Source: the human T2T-CHM13v2.0 reference genome, Homo sapiens
DNA length: 64,000 nucleotides
Strand: one strand, 5' to 3'
Assembly (NCBI RefSeq): GCF_009914755.1
Contig: NC_060928.1
Shown: one piece after another, positions 55,293 to 64,000 of the stretch
Position numbering within the stretch: position 1 is the first letter of the stretch
Layout: each line of letters begins with the position of its first letter
Notes under the pieces: model-generated
Seen by the model: only the letters and a program-made list of their open reading frames with translations
Told to the model about the DNA's origin: nothing
Databases searched by the model: none
Position numbers and translations under genes: made by a program

Positions 55293-58200
55293 CTTGGGGG
55301 GCACATATTTCAATAGGAGAGGATGATCTCCCAGGAATCAATTTGCTGTATAATCTTGGTCACATACTTGGTATTTTTCAAATGCTGCAACTGTTCTACA
55401 GAAAATGCTGATCCATCCACAATCATTTCACTCACTTGCTCATTCATTCATTCAACAAAATATTTACTGTGTAATTACTATACGTGCAACATCCAACGCA
55501 TTTTGACAGCTTTTTAAAGGTATGATCAACAAACAATAAACTGCATATATTTAAAAAGTGTACAATTTGATAAATTTTGACATATGTTTGTGTCTCTGAA
55601 ACCAATACCACAATAAAGGAAGGGGCATACTCTTTACCCCCAGAACTTTACTTGTGACATGTCATCCTACCCTAACTACCATCACCAGTAACCACTGTCC
55701 TGTTATCTGTCCCTGTAGTTTAGTTACATTTTCTAGAGTTTTATATGAATGGAAGTTTTGTCTTTCTTCTTTTACTCAGCATACTTACTTTGGGGTTTGT
55801 CCGCAGTGTTGCGTGTATTAATATCATAGTGCTTTTTATTGTTGAGTAGTAGTCCATTTTATGCATACACAACAATTTGTTGATTTATTCATCCATGATG
55901 GGCATTTGGATCAATTCTAGTTTTTAACCATAATAAAGATGCTATGAATATTCAAACCCAAGTCTTTGTATGAACTTATGTTTTCACTTCTCTTGGATAA
56001 ATGCCCAGCATTAGAAAATCATATAGTAGATACATCTGCTATATCTAATTTAATTAAGTACAACTTTTTCAAACTGGTTGTAACGTTTTGCATTCAAAAC
56101 TGTAGTGTATGGAATTACATTTGCTGTGCATCCTCATCAACACTTGATATGGTCATTCTTTTCAGATTTAGCCATCTAATATATATGTAGTTGTATATCA
56201 TGTTTTTAATTTGAATTGACCTGATTTACGTTGTTAAATATCTTTTCATGTGTTCACTTGCCACCCCTCTTTCCTCCACAGTGAAGTATCTATTTGAATC
56301 TGTTTTCCCCATTTGCCACCGGATTGTTTATTCTCTTATTACTGAGTTTAGACTATCTTTAGGTAGTCTAGATACATCTTTTATTGATATGTAATTGCTA
56401 AGAAGTTTTCCCAATCTGTGGCTTGCCTTTTCATTCTCTGAACAGTGTCCTTCAAGACTTTTAATGTTAATTAAATTCAGTATATTAATTTTTCCTTATG
56501 TAGATCATGCTTTTGGTGTTATATATAGAAATTTTTGTCTAAGGAAGGGTTTCAAATATTTTTTCTTAGGTTTCCCCTAAAAGCCTCAAAGTTTTAGATT
56601 TTATACTTAGGCTCATATCTCATTTTAAATTAATTTTTGTGTGTAGTGCAAGGTGGAAACTCATTTTTTGGGCACGTGAATATCCTTGTCCCACACTATT
56701 TTCTACAAAGGCTATAATGTTTCTCCTGAATTGCCTTTGCACTTTTATTAGAAATAGTTGTTCATATGTGTATCTAATTCTGAAATCTCTATTTTCTTTG
56801 ATATATGTGTCTATCTTTATACCAATATTAAACTGTCTTGATAACAACTGTACCTTTATAATAATTCTTGATACTGTCTCATTTAAAGTTGTTTTGACTA
56901 TTCCAGGTTTTTTACATTGAATAGGAATTTTAGAATTGACTCGTCAATTTCTACAATAGAGTCTGCTGAGATTTTTATTGACAATATATTAAATGTATTT
57001 TTCAATTCGTAGAAAATTGTTGTCTTGGCAATGTTGAGTCATTGAAACCATCAACAAAGCATGTATCTCCTTTTATTGAGAGCACCTTCAATTTCTTTCA
57101 ACAATATTTCATGGCTACCATTATAGTTATTTTATGTATTTTGATAGATTTACTTCTATGTATTTGATATTTTTCATGCTATTCTAAATGGTATAAATTT
57201 ATTAATGTAATTTTTAAATTATTTGTTGCTTATATATACAAACACAACTGATTGTTCCTTTATTACATACACTGCATCCGCACTTATTACTTCTATTAAC
57301 TTATTGGTGGAGTCAACATACTTTCTGCATAAATGATCATGTCAACTGTGAATACAGAATTTCTGTTTTGGCTTTCCACTCTAAATGCCTCTATTTTTGT
57401 CTCTTGCCTTTTTATCCTGATTAGAACCCACAGTAACATGATAAGTAAAAGTAGAAAGTGGACACCCTTGCTTCTTTTCTAATCTCAGAGGTAAAATATT
57501 GAGTTTTCAATATTAATTGTAATATTATCTGGAGATTTTCCTTGGATATCCTCTATCAGGTTGAAGACATTCCCCTCCATTACTGAGAATTAAGTTGTTG
57601 TTGTTGTTGTTTTTAATCACTGATAGATGTTGGAACTTAAATGATTTTTTTTCAATGATCGAGATGATTATATGTTTTTTTTATTTTTAGTTTGTTTAAA
57701 GAGTGTTTTTGTTTTAAAAACACTTTCCATGTATTGTTAAATTTCATTGTCTCAGTGTTTTAAAAACATTTTATGTCAATTTTTATTATATATATTGGTT
57801 TGTAGTTTTTATTTCTTACAGTGTCTTTGTTTTTTGAACCAGAGGAGTGCTGGCTTCATAGAATGAGTTAGGAAGTACTTCCTCATTTTTAATTTTTTGG
57901 AAGCTTGTGTAAAATTACTGTTATGTTTTCCTTATTGTTTAGTAAAATTTACTAATAGAACCATCTGGACCAGTATTTTGTTTATATATCTAGAAATTTA
58001 TATTTTAAATAGGTATAGTTCTAGTCAAGTTATCTATTTCTTCTTGATTGAGATTGGTAGTTTGTGCCTTTTAAGTAATTTGTTTATTTTACTTGTTAGT
58101 GAATTTATTGGGATGACATTTGTCAAATAATACATTATTAACATTATTATAATTATCTGTTTGATCTGTAATAATATCATCTTTCTCATTACTGATATAA

Positions 58201-58378
58201 TAATTTTCTGTCTTCTTTCTTTTTCCCTGATCAGTCTGTCTGGAAGTTTATTAATGTTATTAATTTTCTCAAACAGTTTTTGGCTATATAATTTTACTTT
58301 TACATATATTGTATTTTTTATATCACAGTTAATTTTTCTCGGTTATTTTTGATGGCATATAAATTATAAGAAGAGTAT

Positions 58379-58670
58379 CTTTTTAAAATTTTTATTTTTA
58401 TTTTGAGTTCTGGGGTACATGTGCAGGATGTGCAGTTTCGTTACATATGTAAACATGTGCCATGGTGGTTTGCTGCACCTATCAACCTATCACCTAGGTA
58501 TTAAGCTCTGTATGTATTAGCTATTTTTCCTAATGCTTTCCCTTCTCCCACCCCAACCCCTGACAGGCCCCAGTGTGTGTTGTTCTCCTCCCTGTGTCCA
58601 TGTGTTCTCATTGTTCAGCTCCCACTTGTAAGTGAGAACATGCAGTGTTTGGTTTTCTGTTCCTGCATTA
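58379..58670 (-). mobile_element. L1PA8-10-like 3' end fragment
   Basis: gttctggggtacatgtgcaggatgtgcag...catggtggtttgctgcacctatcaacc...cctaggtattaagc. Confidence 0.9.
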
Positions 58671-59021
58671 TTTACCCAAGTAGCTACCATTTCTGATCCT
58701 CTTCATTCCTTGATATAGATCCGTATTTCCATCTGATCTTCTCTTCTTTCTGTTTAAAGTACTTCCCTTTAACATTCTCTGTCATCAAGGCCTACTCATA
58801 ATGAATTCTTTCAACTTTTGTGTGACTGAAGAATCTCTATTCATGTTTGAAACACATTTTGTTGTATATAGAATTCTAGATAGAATTCTAAGTTGACAGT
58901 TTTTCCTTCAATCCATTAAAGGCTGTTCTCCAGTATTTTCACTCACATTATTTCCAACAACAACAAATCTGCCAGCATCCATATTTTAATTCCTCTGTGC
59001 ATACTTTTAAATTAACTCTAA

Positions 59022-59147
59022 TTTTTTTTTTTTTTTTAAGAAATGGAATCTCATTATGTTAACCAGGCAGGTCTGGAACTCCTGGCCTTAAGTTGCCTCA
59101 GCCTCTCAAAGTGTTGGGATTATAAGCATAAGCTACCTCACACAGTC
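59022..59147 (-). mobile_element. Alu left monomer (FLAM-like)
   Basis: T-tail, tctcattatgttaaccaggcaggtctggaactcctggcct...caaagtgttgggattataagc. Confidence 0.85.
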
Positions 59148-59149
59148 TT

Positions 59150-59428
59150 AAATAAACGTTTTAAGTTTTAGATTTACAGAAAAAAAAAATCTTCAGATGG
59201 TACACAGAGTTTCCATATACTCTTCACTCAGTTCTTCTATTATTAACATCTTACATTAGTATGGTATATTTGTTACAACTATTAAACAAATATTGATACA
59301 TTATTATTATTAAAACTTAGATTTTCTTAAGTTTTTATGTAATGTTCTTTTCTGTTTGAGGATTTCATCTAAGATATCATATTATATCGAGTTCTCATTT
59401 CTCCTTTGCTTCTCTTTGCTATTATAGC
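59150..59428 (-). mobile_element. L1MC-like 3' fragment
   Basis: ttttagatttacagaaaaa...cagagtttccatatac...attaacatcttacattagtatggtatatttgttacaa. Confidence 0.8.
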
Positions 59429-60469
59429 TCATATGTGTCTCTCCTGCTCCCTGTCCCACCACTGGGAGATTTTAAAATTTTCTCCTTACCACTGGTTTCG
59501 AGACATTTGATTAAATGTGTTTTGGTGTAGTTTCCTTCCAGTATTTATTTTAATTTATTTTTACTTCGGATTTGTTGGGCTGCATGAATCTGTTGGTTTA
59601 CAGTTATCTTCAATTTTGGAAAATACTAGGTCATTAATGCTACAAATAAATTTCTGTGTCCCTTCTCTTTCTCAGAGACCCAACCTCTATATTTAACACT
59701 TTCAATCCTCCTTTAGTTTTGTGAACATATGGAATACAGTTATAATAATAGTTTTATTATCCTTGTCTGCTAATTCTAACATCTGTGTCACATCTGTGTC
59801 AGTTTCAATTGATTGATCTTTCTCTTTATCATAGGTCATGTTTTTCGGCTTCTTTTCATGCCTTCTAATTTTGATAGGATGCCAAACATTATAAATTTTA
59901 TTTTGATGGGAGCTGTGGGGTTTTTTAAAAAATATTTCTGTAATACTTTTGAGCTGTGTTTTAGGACACAATTATTTACTTGGAAACAATTTAATCCTTT
60001 CAAGTCTTTCTCTTGAAAGGATTTCTCTGTGCTAGGCAGAACCAGAGCAGCATTTTTTCTAGGAATAATTACTCTCCTCCACTGGGACAAAACTTTTCTA
60101 AGTATTCCACCCAAGCCCTGTACTTTACTATTATTATTAATCTGGTTGCTAGAAATAAGTGCTATTCTTAGCCTGCGTGAGTACCAGGCACTCTTTCCTC
60201 TAATTGTCTCGGATTACTTATTTCTCCAGTCTTTATTGGTTACTTGGTGTGCATGTCCTGATTTTTATTTTGCTAAATACTTGAGAGAGGGTTCCCTCTG
60301 CACAGATTCAGAATGTTTTCTCTCTGAAACTGTCTTCTTCTTGATACTCTGCCTTTAAATTCCTGCCACCTTGGTCTCCCGCAACTCTCAGCTCTATCTC
60401 TAACTCAGTTGTCCACCGAGTCTACCTGGGTTCCCGTCTCTTTGCCATGGTATATGAAACCTCACCTTT

Positions 60470-61010
60470 ATGTCTTTCTGACACATTGGTCACTTTTGGA
60501 TCCTCCTCATCTATCTCATCTCTTAATATTGAAGGACCCCACCAACCTCTTTTCTTTCCGTATCCACTTCCTCGCTTCTATCAGTCAGTCTCATTTGTAT
60601 GCTAAGGGCTCCCAAATCTATATCTCTACCTTAGATACCTTGTCTAAAGTACATATTTTAAATGTTCGATGTATAGCGTAAATGTATATCTTAAGCCTAA
60701 TATGTTGAGATAACATATCCCCACCTGAGGTGTGATCCCCTCCTTTCTCATAAACCTGCTTCTCTTGAAGTCTTTCCCATCTCAATTAATGGTAACACCA
60801 CCCTTCTTAGGCTCAAAGCCATGGAGAATTCCTTGAATCAGCAGTTTCTCTTATTCCTTCTGTCTAATACTTCAACAAATCTGCTGTTTTTAATCTTCGA
60901 AATATATCCAGAAACTAACCAATTTTTCACCATTTCCTTTGCAGATAACAGCATCGCTTACCCCGACATTAGCTACTTAAAGTCTCAATGTTATCTACTT
61001 ACAATGTAAG
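60470..61010 (+). mobile_element. LINE-2 fragment
   Basis: ctcccaaatctatatctc, tctttcccatctcaattaatggtaacacca, ggctcaaagccatggag, cttcgaaatatatccagaa. Confidence 0.7.
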
Positions 61011-61189
61011 GCTGCTATTTGTACCATTTTTAAACAGAAGTGTTACAAATAAATATATTTTGATAGGAAGCATGTATAGTAATGAAATCCCACAAATAAA
61101 TTTTATAAGTACAGAGCAGCCAAAAGATAGATATATCTTAAGAGATTTGACAAACTTTGTTTCTGCAAAGAATAGATTTGCTTCAAATA

Positions 61190-62060
61190 TTTTGAATAAG
61201 CTTTTAATTTTAGAATAATTTTAGATTTCTAGAAAAGTTGCAAAGATAGTTCAGAGTTAAATCTTTATACCACTTACCCAGCTTCAGTTTTCCTAATACT
61301 ACCATTTTACATTATCTTACTTTGTCAAAACTAGACACCAGCATTAGTACATTATAAACTTTAAACTGTATTTGAAGTTCACCAGTTTTTACACTACTCT
61401 CTTGTTTCTGGTCCAGGATCTAATTCAGAATCTTGCATTGCATTCAGTTGTCATGTCTCTGAGTCTCCTCTGGTCTGTGACATTTTCTCAATCTTTTCTT
61501 CTTTTTCATAACTTTGACAATTTTAAAAGTACTGTTTATGTATTTTGTAGGATGTTGCTCGAATGGTTTGTCTAATGTATTTCTCATTATTAGAATAGGC
61601 TTATGGGTTTTTGGAAGGACCACCACAGAGGGGAAATGCCCTCTTCATCACGGTATATCGGGGGTACATAATATCCACCTGGTATCATTAACCACATTAA
61701 TCTTGATCACAGATAGTAATTGCCAGTATTTTCGACTGCAAAGCTCCTATTTTTTCCTTTCCATACTCTGTTCATTGGAAATGAGTCACTAGATCCGATT
61801 CATACTCAGAAGTGAAAGAGTATTTACAGTCTTCTGTAAGGAAGAGTTGTCTATTCTCCATTTTTAATCTATTTAATATGTGTTTATATTAGTATAGCCA
61901 CATTTATATTTATTTTATACTTTGGGCTATAATCAATATCATACTATTTATTTTGTTGTTCAAACTTTTCCAGCTTTGGCCGTTGGGAGATCTTTAATGC
62001 TGCATCCTAGTTCCTTTGACATAATCCCTTATTTTATTTTTGACCACTTCCTTTCTACTA
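61190..62060 (-). mobile_element. L1MC/L1MD-like 3' end
   Basis: ttttagaataattttagatttctagaaaagttgcaaagatagt, ggtccaggatctaattcagaatc, ttgttcaaacttttccagctttggccgttgggag. Confidence 0.85.
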
Positions 62061-64000
62061 TCTTCCAATAATTTATTTTCAAAGAATAAAAAAGTAATAA
62101 AAACTGAAAAATACTTAGGCTTTTCTAACACTGTGCCCTTTATGAAAGTAAAACATTTGTCATTGGTTTCAATTACTAGCTACAGCAAGATGTCTGGGGA
62201 TGCGATTTAATTGGGTTAAGATGCTCTGGATGTTTTTGTTCAGTCTAGCTCAAGGCTGGCTGGTACTTTCTGAATTTCCCAAGACCAGTGTACATATTTT
62301 ATAAAACTTTTTAATTCTATTACGGACACCAATAGTATCTGCCACAAAATGAGCAAATGTATCTAAATATGACCTCTTTTACAGTAATGTGCATGTCTAT
62401 CTTTATACCTAAAATTACTATTATTAGTTGCACTATTCTTAGGGAAAAAATATGGTCCCAAAATATTTCTGTTTTGCCAATTAGAGGTGAATGGTACCTG
62501 AGGCACATATAATAGATAAGTTATTTGTTACAATGGATGATGGGAAATTTCAAAGTGAATCAGATGGCAGAAGCACATATGGTCGATATTTTTACATTTT
62601 TTTGTTCTTTCTAGTATTGTCACAGTTCATAACATATGAATATGCTTAGGAGCTAAAGGATAAGCCATTATCCTGATACATATATTTGAATCTTTGTAAT
62701 ATGTATTTTAATATAGAGAGGACTCCCTGAATGTATGACTTAGAAAATACAATATAATACCTATAATTAACTTAAAAAGCAATATTTGTCACACTTACTG
62801 ATATCTCAAATTTTTATAAATTTAGCAGGGTTTCTGTCAAACTGTATGGTTACCTATGTTAACATCACACAATATGTTCGGAATAGACCTTTCTCTCATA
62901 ACATTTTACTTAGCCAAATGGTTTGGTTAATATTAACATCAACCAATTCCAGATGTCAACAATTAAGTTCAATCCAACAAAACATTTAGTCAGGCACTTT
63001 CCTCTGACTGAGAATAAGAAGACTTTACATAAACATATGTACTGGATTTTTAGTCTATCTTAAGATAAAATAGTTGTGTTTAGTGACTAAACATATCATT
63101 ACACAGATGCCTGATCCTCTTTTGCAGCTGTTCTTGCTGTTTTGGTTCTACTTAGCCCCTTTCCTTATCTTTCTTTTGTGTGGCACTATATGGGGGGACA
63201 TCTGCAGATGAGGGTTTCTGGCTGATTTTGTAATGTGCCTGCAAAAAGCTAAGCTTGCATTGTAATGAGGTCAGGTTTCATTCTAAGCAAGGTCACACTC
63301 CAGGGTTGGTAGAACTCCAAGGAAAATCAAAGTGCTGACAGAAACATCTAAAAGGTGGTGATTCGGTAGGTGGCACTCTTTCCTCCACACAAATACCGAC
63401 GTTGGTGGTCAGGTTCAGGCTGTCTTTCAAAGTTAATTTACAACATGTCCTCTTTTGACCATTAGGGATTCTATTGTAGAGAGTTTTTTTTAGGGGGAGA
63501 GGGGTTGTTTGTAGTTTTCCTCAGAAAGCAAGGATGTTTCTTTTAATCCCTATGTCCCAGATAAACATGAGCTCTGTATTTTTGTTTTGCTTTGCTTATA
63601 ATTTCAACTTGATGAGCTAGGCTAACTGTGCAGTCACATATGCTGCCGAAAACCTTTACCCTGCTTGGAAAATGTTTCCTTATCTACATATGCGTTTTCT
63701 TCATTCTGATTATTTATGAAATTCTCACTTAGTCCCCAGAGTTGCATGAACCTCAAAATTAGCCTGCCCTGGAAAAACTTCAAATTCTAACAACAACCAA
63801 AAATATAAATACTGATTTCTCTGCTCTTTCTTCATGAGCCTGAAAAACACTACTCTTGGCTTTTATTAAACTGAATGTCAACCAGGGTCCAGAAGATGGA
63901 TTTATTAATGAATTAGTCTTTTTTCCAAAATGTTTTTTTCAAATGTAAAAATAAAACAAGAAAATAAAGCTGGTACTTTTTTTTTTTTTTTTTACAACAA

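Larger units (their letters stand above)
55500..60460 (-). mobile_element. Old LINE-1 (L1ME1-like), from 3'UTR through ORF1/5' region, with nested insertions
   Basis: caataaactgcatatatttaaaaagtgtacaatttgataaattttgacat 3' end; ORF2-like antisense segments; ORF1-like peptide DQSIETDTDVTQMLELADKD (59702-59971). Confidence 0.8.

Overview
AT-rich primate (human-like) genomic DNA made up mostly of interspersed repeats: LINE-1 elements of several ages, L2, MIR, four Alu dimers and an Alu monomer, many MaLR/ERVL LTRs (including a two-LTR MaLR provirus), and MER2, MADE1 and MADE2 DNA-transposon derivatives. I can support no host protein-coding gene, RNA gene or prokaryote-type system. The ORF track is almost entirely decayed L1 ORF1/ORF2 and Alu/LTR read-through; the 420-aa ORF is an L1 reverse-transcriptase remnant. 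Subfamily names were assigned by eye from remembered consensus sequences and need RepeatMasker/Dfam confirmation, and boundaries of old elements are approximate. The most notable observations are: a 205-bp locally templated insertion flanked by a 9-bp direct repeat; a uniform minus-strand orientation of all substantial L1s, suggesting an intron of a + strand transcript; a triplicated L1 3' terminus; a miR-548-like MADE1 hairpin; a 3'-truncated L1 that retains its 5' end; and a possible decayed coding exon at the start of the window.
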